Shown here piece after piece: positions 1-8,800 of a stretch of DNA of 64,000 nucleotides. The stretch is from Omnitrophica WOR_2 bacterium GWF2_43_52 (GTDB lineage: Bacteria; Omnitrophota; Gorgyraeia; Gygaellales; UBA12090): NCBI GenBank assembly GCA_001805445.1, contig MHGF01000003.1, positions 120,429 through 184,428 on the forward strand. The letters run 5' to 3'. Made by a program: the position numbers and the translations under genes. Position 1 is the first letter of the stretch. Each line of letters opens with the position of its first letter. The notes below the pieces were generated by a model. The model saw only the letters and a list, made by a program, of their open reading frames with translations, had not been told where the DNA came from and made no database searches.

Positions 1-2
1 CC

Positions 3-569
3 GCTGATCTGATCAAACTTTTCAATAGGATAGAGGACGGTTATGATATGGTCGTAGGCGCGCGAAAAGAAGTATATCATCCTTTTCTTATACTAACCCA
101 TCCTGCGAGGTTCATATTCCGCTTTTTATGCGAGTTTGCTTTAGGCCGAAGAATCCCCGATATAAACTCCGGTCTTAGAGTATTTAAAAAAAGCGTTGCC
201 GAAAAATTTAGGACTACCATAGGTCAGGGATACTCCTTTACCACCTCTTTGACGTTAATATTATTTATTGAAGGGTATTTCGTCGATTATCTACCGGTTT
301 CTTATAAAAAGCGCAAAGGAACCTCTAAGGTTAGATTCATCAGAGATTCGTTAAGGGCGGGCCAGATAATAATAGAAACTATTTTGCGCTATAATCCGAT
401 TAAACCATTTATTTTGATCAGCACTTTTACTTTTTTAGTTTCATTTTTGTTTTTGAGTATTTACGCTTTCAGCACTGATAGCGTTATGGGGCAGGCTGGA
501 TTTATGGGGTTCTATACAGGGATTATTTTAATGGCTATCGGATTTATGTCAATTGCTCTTAAAAAGTAA
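3..569 (+). CDS. GT2 family glycosyltransferase (DPM1-like), 5'-truncated by window edge
   Basis: Frame open from nt 3 (ADLIKLFNRIEDGYDMVVGAR); DMVVGAR, DINSGLR and Y..RKGTSK motifs; two C-terminal TM helices. Confidence 0.85.
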   Translation, partial: ADLIKLFNRIEDGYDMVVGARKEVYHPFLILTHPARFIFRFLCEFALGRRIPDINSGLRVFKKSVAEKFRTTIGQGYSFTTSLTLILFIEGYFVDYLPVSYKKRKGTSKVRFIRDSLRAGQIIIETILRYNPIKPFILISTFTFLVSFLFLSIYAFSTDSVMGQAGFMGFYTGIILMAIGFMSIALKK

Positions 570-583
570 CCTTGTCATACAGT

Positions 584-2032
584 ATGCTTTTTACTAGCAC
601 ACAATTCTGGTTCTTCTTTGTAATAGTATACCTGACGTACCTTATTTTACCCTACAAGTTGCAAAATCGCCTCCTCTTAATAGCCAGTTGCGTGTTTTAC
701 GGGGCATGGGATTGGCGTTTTCTCATCCTCATGGGGATATCAACGCTGACCGATTTTATCTGTAGCTTGCAGATGCAAACAAGCGATAATTCAAGATACC
801 GTAAATATTTCCTATGGCTGAGTATTTCTATACATCTGTTGATTCTATGTTTCTTTAAATATTTTAATTTTTTCGCTTCTGGGATACACTCTCTGTTCAA
901 TGTCTTGGGAATACCTACTTCGCATACTGCTATCCATATCATTCTACCAGTTGGAATCTCTTTCTATACCTTCAAAGGGATAAGTTATACTATAGATTGT
1001 TACCGTAAAGAAATCTCGCCCACGAGAAATCTATGGGATTACGCTCTTTTTGTTTCCTATTTTCCCCAACTTGTCGCAGGGCCAATCGAAAGAGCGGCTC
1101 ATTTGCTGCCTCAGATAGAAAATCCCCGCACTATAACGCGTCAAAAAATATCAGAAGGCATCTATCTCATTGTGAGCGGACTTTTTCAAAAAATATTTAT
1201 TGCTGATAACCTCGCGTTGATAGTAAACACTGTATTTCAATCGCCTTCTCCCTATATTGGAGCAAGGGTACTACTTGCCGTTTACGCCTTTGCTCTCCAA
1301 ATATATTGCGACTTTGCTGGATATTCAAATATCGCGCGCGGATTAGGTAAAATCATGGGATTTGATATTATGCTCAATTTTAATCTTCCATATTTTTCGT
1401 CTAACCCTTCAGAATTCTGGAAAAAATGGCATATAACACTTTCTAGTTGGCTGCGTGATTACCTTTACATTCCCTTGGGAGGAAACAGAAGAGGAGTGCT
1501 TCTGAGTTACCGAAACATTCTCATCACAATGCTCCTGGGAGGACTTTGGCACGGGGCTGGTTGGACATTTCTCCTTTGGGGAGCATATCATGGGATACTC
1601 ATCGTCTTGTATAAAATAATATCCCCGGTAATTATGGAGTTTCCGCATATAAAAAACACATTCTTGCTAAAATGCTGGAAAGGAATAAAAATAGTATTTT
1701 TCTTTCATCTGGTATGTATGGGTTGGCTTATTTTCAGAGCGCGTTCTTTCGGCCAAATAATAGACATGCTCTCCTCGCTTGGCGGAAATTTGCAAATCAT
1801 AAAGTTTACTCAGGGATCTGCTTTCTCACTCGCCTTTTTCTTAAGCCTATTGGTCATAATGATACAGTTTCTCCAATTTAAGTATAACGATCCTCTGTTA
1901 CTCTTGAATCTACGAGTAAGGTCAAAAATACTACTCCTAACTATGATCATTTATTGCAGCGCCTATGCGGTTATCTTTGGTGGAATCTATCAAATTTCAC
2001 ATGACCAAAAGTTTATTTATTTTCAGTTTTAG
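584..2032 (+). CDS. MBOAT family O-acyltransferase (AlgI/PatA-like)
   Basis: LPVGISFYTF, FPQLVAGPIER, FWKKWHITLSSWLRDYLYIPLGG, GLWHGA, C-terminal FIYFQF; ATG 584 preferred over TTG 572. Confidence 0.93.
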   Translation: MLFTSTQFWFFFVIVYLTYLILPYKLQNRLLLIASCVFYGAWDWRFLILMGISTLTDFICSLQMQTSDNSRYRKYFLWLSISIHLLILCFFKYFNFFASGIHSLFNVLGIPTSHTAIHIILPVGISFYTFKGISYTIDCYRKEISPTRNLWDYALFVSYFPQLVAGPIERAAHLLPQIENPRTITRQKISEGIYLIVSGLFQKIFIADNLALIVNTVFQSPSPYIGARVLLAVYAFALQIYCDFAGYSNIARGLGKIMGFDIMLNFNLPYFSSNPSEFWKKWHITLSSWLRDYLYIPLGGNRRGVLLSYRNILITMLLGGLWHGAGWTFLLWGAYHGILIVLYKIISPVIMEFPHIKNTFLLKCWKGIKIVFFFHLVCMGWLIFRARSFGQIIDMLSSLGGNLQIIKFTQGSAFSLAFFLSLLVIMIQFLQFKYNDPLLLLNLRVRSKILLLTMIIYCSAYAVIFGGIYQISHDQKFIYFQF

Positions 2033-2044
2033 GCAGATCATATC

Positions 2045-3139
2045 ATGAAAAAAGTTAACGACCTGAGAACCCATAGCGTAAAAGATATTGTTACATTTAC
2101 AATTATTCTTTTAGCGATAAACCTGTTCTCCTTGATTGGTGCCGAGGTTTATCTCCGTTATCGTTTTTTTGGCATTTCTGGGTTTGATCTCCATAAAGTT
2201 TTTCCCCAATCAAAACTACAAGAAATCTCCTATAGTGATGACGGGCTTGCGAGATTTAAACCAAATCAGACTGGATTTCTCTATGGCAAACCATTTAAAA
2301 CTAATAGCTTCGGATTGTGGGATGAAAAGGATTATGCGTTGAGAAAAGATATGGGGACATTACGCATAGCTTGCTTTGGAGAATCCTTTACCATGGGAGC
2401 TGGAGTCAGCCAAAACGATAATTATCCAAAAATCCTTGAGCGTGAATTGAATACCTATCTACAACACCATTCTGAAAACCAGATACAACAAGTAGAAGTC
2501 ATGAATTGCGCTATGCCCGGTGACGATTTAGATGGTTACCTGCTTAAACGGATACGGCTTATTAATCATTTTTTCGCTCCGGACATTATTATTATCGGAA
2601 TGACTTCAAATTTTTTCCCATCAAAACAGACAAACCCCTTACACTTTCTCTTTGACCAAAGCCAGAAGAAGCCTACACACAACCCTCTACGACAGATTCA
2701 AGCCAATCTTCTGATACATGCCGCCTTCAATAATTACGAAAATTATGTCATGCAGTATATAGCCCGATGGAAACCTACAAAATTTATTTCATTCTTGAGT
2801 AAAGACGCGCGTTTTAGCAGCAAAAAAACCGATACCTATAGCTTTTTAATACATGAAGCTGTAGAAAATAAAACTCCTAAAGTGATTATAGCCTTAATCA
2901 GAAAGTTGTTCTATATAGATGACGTAACCTATCATAGAGATTTGCAGGAAAATTTATCTCTTTCCTGCGCCAAATATAACTTTTCATTCGCAAATACTTA
3001 CGAGCCTTCTTATTGGATAAGAAAAAATACCGGAGACCTCATAATTTATCCAGGTAACGAACACCCTAATAGAGTTGCCCATAAAATCTACGCGGACATC
3101 ATTTTTTTTAATATACTTGACTCGATCCGAGCAAAATGA
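2045..3139 (+). CDS. SGNH/GDSL hydrolase-family protein, probable partner O-acetyltransferase of the MBOAT
   Basis: N-terminal TM, GESFTMG block I, C-terminal NEHPN..AH; directly follows the MBOAT gene. Confidence 0.8.
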   Translation: MKKVNDLRTHSVKDIVTFTIILLAINLFSLIGAEVYLRYRFFGISGFDLHKVFPQSKLQEISYSDDGLARFKPNQTGFLYGKPFKTNSFGLWDEKDYALRKDMGTLRIACFGESFTMGAGVSQNDNYPKILERELNTYLQHHSENQIQQVEVMNCAMPGDDLDGYLLKRIRLINHFFAPDIIIIGMTSNFFPSKQTNPLHFLFDQSQKKPTHNPLRQIQANLLIHAAFNNYENYVMQYIARWKPTKFISFLSKDARFSSKKTDTYSFLIHEAVENKTPKVIIALIRKLFYIDDVTYHRDLQENLSLSCAKYNFSFANTYEPSYWIRKNTGDLIIYPGNEHPNRVAHKIYADIIFFNILDSIRAK

Positions 3140-3574
3140 ACGGCTCTTTTTACAAGGCTGAAGAATTGATTGCCTAACTTCTTATTACCGTGAATGTATC
3201 GATAGGGTGCTTACCTTGTCTCGTGGTGTTTCATTAGGAAAAACTGGACAAAATAATCATGAAAGAGTATAATGAGATTCCAATAGTATAAGAATTGCGG
3301 AAAAACGTGTATTGTTATCCAACTTATAATGCTTTATTAAAAAACGCTATTAAAGCATAAACCATAGTTGCGGCAATTTTTTTAGGCTAAAGACTAAGAA
3401 TACCAGAGGCAAGGCACTTATCGCTACAGAAAGTTTTTTGGACTTTCATCAATCGCACCTTGAAGAATTAAATGAGTATTTGAGGATTTTATAGCATTCA
3501 ATAATGCCGCGTATACAAAAAACATTGTCTTTTTAGAGTAGGGAATTATTGACTCTTAACACAGAGGAGCAACA

Positions 3575-4552
3575 ATGAAAGCACTGATAACTGGCGGAGC
3601 TGGGTTTATAGGATCACATTTAGCAGATGAGCTTTTAGCAAAAAGCCATACTGTTGCTATACTGGATGACCTTTCTACAGGGAGAATGAGCAATATTTCT
3701 CATTTAAAAACAAATCCTAATTTTGAATTGATTGTAGGAACCGTTCTTAACGAATATTTAGTAGATAAGTTGGTTGAGCGATGTGATGTTGTTTTTCATT
3801 TAGCGGCCGCGGTGGGAGTAGAGCTTATAGTAAAGAAACCCCTAGAGTCATTGACAACGAATATTAAGGGTAGTGAAACTATTTTAGAGATGGCTTACCG
3901 GTATAACAAGAAAATACTGATTACTTCTACCTCCGAAATTTACGGCAAGAATGTCAATGGGCCTCTAAAAGAGGGCGATGACAGGATCCTAGGCTCTCCC
4001 TTAAAGGTGAGGTGGAGTTATTCTACTGCCAAAGCTGTAGATGAAATGTTGGCGTATGTATATTGGAAGGAGAAAAATGTCCCTACTATCATAGTGCGGT
4101 TATTTAACACGGTTGGGCCGCGGCAGACAGGGTATTATGGAATGGTGGTGCCTAGGTTTGTGGAACAGGCGCTCAATAATAAGCCGATAACTGTTTATGG
4201 GACAGGAAAACAATCACGATGCTTCATTCATGTCAAAGATGTAGTAAGTGCTTTGATTAAATTGACTGAAGAACCTCACTCTGTGGGAGAAGTGTTTAAT
4301 ATCGGCAGCCAGCATGAAATAACTATCGAACAATTGGCAAAGGAAATCACTAAAATAACGAAAAGTAAATCTCAAATAGAGCATATTCCTTATGAAAAGG
4401 CCTATGAGGAAGGTTTTGAAGATATGCAGCGCAGGATTCCGGATACAACAAAGCTCAATAAACTTATTGGATTCAAACCCACCTATACCCTTGCCCAGAT
4501 TATCCAGGATATCGTAAAATACCAGAAAGACACAAATAAACCTCATCGTTAA
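3575..4552 (+). CDS. NAD-dependent nucleotide-sugar epimerase/dehydratase (extended SDR)
   Basis: TGGAGFIGSHL, STSEIYG, YSTAK (YxxxK), RLFNTVGPRQ; GAGGAG SD. Confidence 0.92.
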   Translation: MKALITGGAGFIGSHLADELLAKSHTVAILDDLSTGRMSNISHLKTNPNFELIVGTVLNEYLVDKLVERCDVVFHLAAAVGVELIVKKPLESLTTNIKGSETILEMAYRYNKKILITSTSEIYGKNVNGPLKEGDDRILGSPLKVRWSYSTAKAVDEMLAYVYWKEKNVPTIIVRLFNTVGPRQTGYYGMVVPRFVEQALNNKPITVYGTGKQSRCFIHVKDVVSALIKLTEEPHSVGEVFNIGSQHEITIEQLAKEITKITKSKSQIEHIPYEKAYEEGFEDMQRRIPDTTKLNKLIGFKPTYTLAQIIQDIVKYQKDTNKPHR

Positions 4553-5709
4553 TGCCCCGGTTGAAAATAGTAAGGATTGTCACGCGCCTAAATATTGGAG
4601 GGCCGGCGATACATACGGTTTTGCTCACTGCAGGGCTGGATAAGAGCAACTTCGAGTCTTTGCTTGTATGCGGAGCGATAAGTTCAACAGAAGGGGATAT
4701 GGCTTATTATGCCAGCCAAAAAGAGGTAAGGCCTTTATATATTCCGCAATTGAAGAGGGAATTAAACCCTTTAAATGACCTCATTGCTTTCATAAAGATT
4801 CTATGGGTAATTAAAAAAGAAAATCCCGATATACTTCATACCCACACAGCAAAAGCTGGATCCTTAGGCAGGCTTGCGGGGATAGCGTATAATTTTTTTT
4901 GCTTGAGGCAAAGAAAAATAAAACTTATCCATACTTTTCACGGCCATATATTTGATGGTTACTTTAATAAATTTTTCACCACTCTATTTATCCTTGCTGA
5001 AAAAGGCTTGGCCTATTTTACCAATAAAATAATCACTGTAAGTGAAGAAATTAAGAGAGAGCTTATTTCTTTAGGAATAGCAAAAGCAGATAAGATCTTA
5101 GTTATTCCCCTGGGCTTTGAATTAGAGAAGTTTTTAGAAATAGTGCCCAGAGACCAGAAAGAAATCGTAAACATAGGTATTGTAGGGAGGCTCGTGCCGG
5201 TTAAAAATCATTGGCTGTTTCTGAAAGCCGCGCAGATGCTAAGGCTTAGCCTCGCAAACGAGGCTAAGCCTTATAAGGTAAAATTTAAAATTGTTGGTGA
5301 CGGGGAATTGAAGCAAAAACTTGAAGAATCCTCCCTGAAGTTAAATATAGCAGATTGTGTTGAATTCGTAGGCTGGCAGAAAGATTTGGTTAAGGTGTAT
5401 TCAGAATTGGACATAGTCTGCCTTACTTCTTTAAATGAAGGAACACCGGTATCTTTAATTGAGGCTATGGCTTCGGCAAAGGCGGTCATTGCTACTGATG
5501 TGGGAGGAGTAAGAGATTTGTTGGGGCAAGACAGAGGAATTGCTGTTGAGTCAAACAATGCTGAAGCATTTTCTGCGGCACTCTTTTCGTTACTCTCAAA
5601 TGTTACTGCAAGAGAAAGATTAGGAAAGAAAGCAAGAGAATTTGTCAGAGAGAAATTTACGAAACAAAGATTGCTCAGAGGCATAGAAGAGCTGTACTTG
5701 AACATTTAG
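4552..5709 (+). CDS. GT4 family glycosyltransferase
   Basis: RLNIGGPA, HTFHGH, VGRLVPVKNH, SLNEGTPVSLIEAMA. Confidence 0.92.
   Translation: MPRLKIVRIVTRLNIGGPAIHTVLLTAGLDKSNFESLLVCGAISSTEGDMAYYASQKEVRPLYIPQLKRELNPLNDLIAFIKILWVIKKENPDILHTHTAKAGSLGRLAGIAYNFFCLRQRKIKLIHTFHGHIFDGYFNKFFTTLFILAEKGLAYFTNKIITVSEEIKRELISLGIAKADKILVIPLGFELEKFLEIVPRDQKEIVNIGIVGRLVPVKNHWLFLKAAQMLRLSLANEAKPYKVKFKIVGDGELKQKLEESSLKLNIADCVEFVGWQKDLVKVYSELDIVCLTSLNEGTPVSLIEAMASAKAVIATDVGGVRDLLGQDRGIAVESNNAEAFSAALFSLLSNVTARERLGKKAREFVREKFTKQRLLRGIEELYLNI
5240..5273. repeat. REP-like palindrome (AGGC-N3-GCCT family) in frame inside the GT4 gene
   Basis: taaggcttagcctcg-caaa-cgaggctaagcctta, perfect 15-bp stem; same motif as intergenic 14896-14931. 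Confidence 0.8.
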
Positions 5710-5725
5710 ATTTATGTGTTATAAT
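5698..5725 (+). promoter_or_regulatory. Putative sigma70 promoter; likely leaderless transcript starting near ATG 5733
   Basis: TTGAAC-16 nt-TATAAT with extended -10 TGn. Confidence 0.45.
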
Positions 5726-7541
5726 GCATTCCATGCACTATCTACAGTTATTTATTGTACCTTTTATTTTAAGCCTTGTTTTTACTCCTTTAGTCCGTAT
5801 ACTTGCGCTCAAAAAAGGTTTTGTCTCTTATCCTCGCGTTGACCGCTGGCATAAGCACCCTACGGCATTGCTTGGCGGTATCAGCATATATTTAGCCTCA
5901 ACTATCCCTGCCTTTTTTATTAAAATCCCTGATAAACGGATACTCGGCCTTATTATTGGGGCTACATTCTTGTTTGGTGTCGGCCTGGCTGATGATAAAT
6001 TTCATTTTAAGCCTTATACCAAATTATTTTGCCAAATTATTGCCGGTTGCATTGCCATAGGCCATGGCATTACTTTAGGCATGCCCCAGGAAAGTTTTAT
6101 CGCTATTCCCCTAACGTTGCTCTGGATAGTAGGGGTAACAAATTCTTTTAATCTTTTGGATAATATTGACGGCTTGGCCTCAGGAATTGCCGGGATATCG
6201 GCATTCATGCTATTTCTATCATCGCTCTTTTTTTCTCATAATCCTTCCGGAGTATACGGGCTGATTGTCTGTGGGGCAGTGCTTGGATTCCTACCTTATA
6301 ATTTTAACCCGGCAAAGATTTTTATGGGAGATTCAGGAAGCATGTTTTTGGGATTCACTTTGGCGGTGATTTCTGTCTTAGAAACATCCTTGCATATTTC
6401 CGGGCTTTTTACTACATTATTCGTGCCTGTGTTAATTATGTCGGTACCTATCTTTGATACACTTTTTGTCACAATTTTACGCAAAATTCAGGGCCGAAAG
6501 ATTTTTGAAGGAGGAAAAGACCATACTTCTCATCATATGGTTACCTTAGGGCTTTCCCAGAGAAAAACCGTCTTACTATTATATGCCATAAGCCTAACCT
6601 TTGGATTGATCGCGATTCTGCATTCTAAAATGAACACGCTTATTGTTTTTACAATCGCTATCTTGGGAGTGGGGCTTTTATTATATTTTGGAATATTTTT
6701 ATCTGATTCAGTCGCCTTAATAAGCAAACAGAAAGGGCACAAAAAACACTATGATAGTAACGGCAGAAACACAATCTTAACCGCGGTGTTATTGCATAAA
6801 CGCAGGGTTGCTGAAATTCTTATGGACTCAGCCTTTATTTGTATTGCCTATTCCTTAAGTTATTTCCTGCGTTTTGAAGGGACAATGTTGTTACCTAACT
6901 TGCAGTTAATGAAAGACTCACTGGTGTGGGTTATTGTGATAAAGATGTCTGTATTTTTTGTTTTTGGGCTTTACCGGGGCATATGGCGGTATATAAGTAT
7001 TTCTGATTTACTTACTATATTTAAAGTAGTAGGCATAGCGTCTATCGGTTCAATCATTTTCCTGACCTTTATTTTTCGTTTTAAGGATTATTCCCGGGCA
7101 GTCTTTATAATGGATTGGATAATTCTTTTATTCCTCATTTCAGCAAGCAGGATTTCCTTTCGGGTCTTGGGGGAATTCTTTAGCCAGGTTGGCAAAAAAG
7201 GGAAAAATGTCTTAATCTTTGGAGCGGGGGATACCGGAGAGATGGTGGCTCGTGAGATAAAAAGGAATAAAGCCCTTAATTATAATCCTGTAGGGTTTGT
7301 CGATGATGATCCTAAGAAAAACGGCATTACGATACAGGGAGTACGCGTGTTAGGAACCAGAAGTAAAATTAAAAACTTAATCAAGGAAAACGATATAAAA
7401 GAGATTATAATAACTATCCAATCCATAGACATTGAGGATTTATCCGAGATAGCAAAGATTTGCAGCGACTATAGTATTTCCTACAGGCAGGTAAGAGGTA
7501 TTTTAGACAAGGATGAAATAAGTGAATTCAATAAAAATTAA
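5724..7541 (+). CDS. WecA/MraY-family initiating glycosyl-1-phosphate transferase fused to a PglF/CapD-type N-terminal membrane plus Rossmann region
   Basis: NSFNLLDNIDGLA, PAKIFMGDSGS, DHTSHH; then GLYRGIWRYIS, LIFGAGDTG, GFVDDD. True start may be ATG 5733. Confidence 0.85.
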   Translation: MHSMHYLQLFIVPFILSLVFTPLVRILALKKGFVSYPRVDRWHKHPTALLGGISIYLASTIPAFFIKIPDKRILGLIIGATFLFGVGLADDKFHFKPYTKLFCQIIAGCIAIGHGITLGMPQESFIAIPLTLLWIVGVTNSFNLLDNIDGLASGIAGISAFMLFLSSLFFSHNPSGVYGLIVCGAVLGFLPYNFNPAKIFMGDSGSMFLGFTLAVISVLETSLHISGLFTTLFVPVLIMSVPIFDTLFVTILRKIQGRKIFEGGKDHTSHHMVTLGLSQRKTVLLLYAISLTFGLIAILHSKMNTLIVFTIAILGVGLLLYFGIFLSDSVALISKQKGHKKHYDSNGRNTILTAVLLHKRRVAEILMDSAFICIAYSLSYFLRFEGTMLLPNLQLMKDSLVWVIVIKMSVFFVFGLYRGIWRYISISDLLTIFKVVGIASIGSIIFLTFIFRFKDYSRAVFIMDWIILLFLISASRISFRVLGEFFSQVGKKGKNVLIFGAGDTGEMVAREIKRNKALNYNPVGFVDDDPKKNGITIQGVRVLGTRSKIKNLIKENDIKEIIITIQSIDIEDLSEIAKICSDYSISYRQVRGILDKDEISEFNKN

Positions 7542-8754
7542 GATAGCTCTCGTTTGCGATACCATTGCTTTTATTTCTCTATGCGCCATAGCTTTTTTTC
7601 TGCCGATTTCTAAGGCTATCATTGAATCCTTTAGCATAGTAGCAATCGTCGCGTACATAACCAGAAAACTTCTCTCGCGCGAAAATGTTCCCGAAACCGC
7701 GCTTAATTATGGAATTTTAGCCTACGCGGTTGTTTGCGTAGTTTCTATATTTTTTAGCAGCAACTCCATACTGAGCGCGAGGACATTTTTTCTAAAAACG
7801 CTGCAGGGTATTCTCCTTTTTTTTACCATAGCAGAAACCTTGCCAAGCGGTAAACGCGTTAAGATTCTTTTATCTATTTTGTTTACCTCATCTTTTGTTC
7901 TCGGCATTGATGGAATATACCAGTATTTTACCCGTGTAGATTTTATCCGGCATCGCCCAAGAATTTTTGAAGATCGTATTTACGCATCCTTTGTGACACC
8001 CAATTCCTTCGGCTGTTATATAGCGATGGTGTTGCCATTCACCCTTACTCACTTTTTTATGAAAATACGCCTTAAGATTTCCAAGATAGTGTATCTGACT
8101 CTCTTTTTATTATTATTTACCTGTCTTCTTTTAACCATGTCCCGAGGAGCATGGTTTGCCTTTTTGCCTTCGGTGATATTTATTGCCATTTGGATACGTC
8201 CGCTCAGCGTGTTTCTTCTTGCTATCGCCATACTTGTAATAGCACTGCAGCCTTTCTATCCGCCATATTTAAGGGAACGGTTGAGAAGTTTCTTTATCTT
8301 CACTGATACCAGCAGTATAGACAGAAAAATCATCTGGCAGGCAGGATGGAAGATGTTTTTATCTAAGCCCTGGCTCGGGGTAGGATTAGGGGCTTTTATG
8401 TTTAACTTCAAAAAATTTGTTGTTGAAAATTATCCTTCTGGGATAGTGTATGCCCATAATTGCTACCTGCAAATGGCCTCAGAAATTGGGATTATTGGGC
8501 TTTTGACTTTTCTGTCTATTTTATTTTCATTCTTTTATCACGGCATCAAAATACTCAATACCCACGATAAAAATTATTTTTGGTACATTCTCTTGGCTTC
8601 TCAAGCGGCAATCGTAGGATATTGCGTGCAGATGGGTGTGGACACAATACTTTATTCATTGGATTTGGGTATGCTTTTCTGGCTTATCATGGGAATTGGT
8701 GTCGCTGCTATGAAATGCCTGGAAGCTAAAGATAAAAAAGCAGTCCCCTGTTAA
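7522..8754 (+). CDS. O-antigen ligase / Wzy_C family protein
   Basis: Polytopic; TMSRGAW, R..IW, GVGLGAF, AHNCYLQ..SEIG. Confidence 0.88.
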   Translation: MNSIKIKIALVCDTIAFISLCAIAFFLPISKAIIESFSIVAIVAYITRKLLSRENVPETALNYGILAYAVVCVVSIFFSSNSILSARTFFLKTLQGILLFFTIAETLPSGKRVKILLSILFTSSFVLGIDGIYQYFTRVDFIRHRPRIFEDRIYASFVTPNSFGCYIAMVLPFTLTHFFMKIRLKISKIVYLTLFLLLFTCLLLTMSRGAWFAFLPSVIFIAIWIRPLSVFLLAIAILVIALQPFYPPYLRERLRSFFIFTDTSSIDRKIIWQAGWKMFLSKPWLGVGLGAFMFNFKKFVVENYPSGIVYAHNCYLQMASEIGIIGLLTFLSILFSFFYHGIKILNTHDKNYFWYILLASQAAIVGYCVQMGVDTILYSLDLGMLFWLIMGIGVAAMKCLEAKDKKAVPC

Positions 8755-8800
8755 CATAACCCCTTATTTTTTAAAACTCCATACGGAAAGTATCTTTAAT

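Noticed and set aside
3140-3574. Possible pseudogene in a 435-bp AT-rich gap
   Set aside because: Only short broken frames; no family recognisable without a translated search
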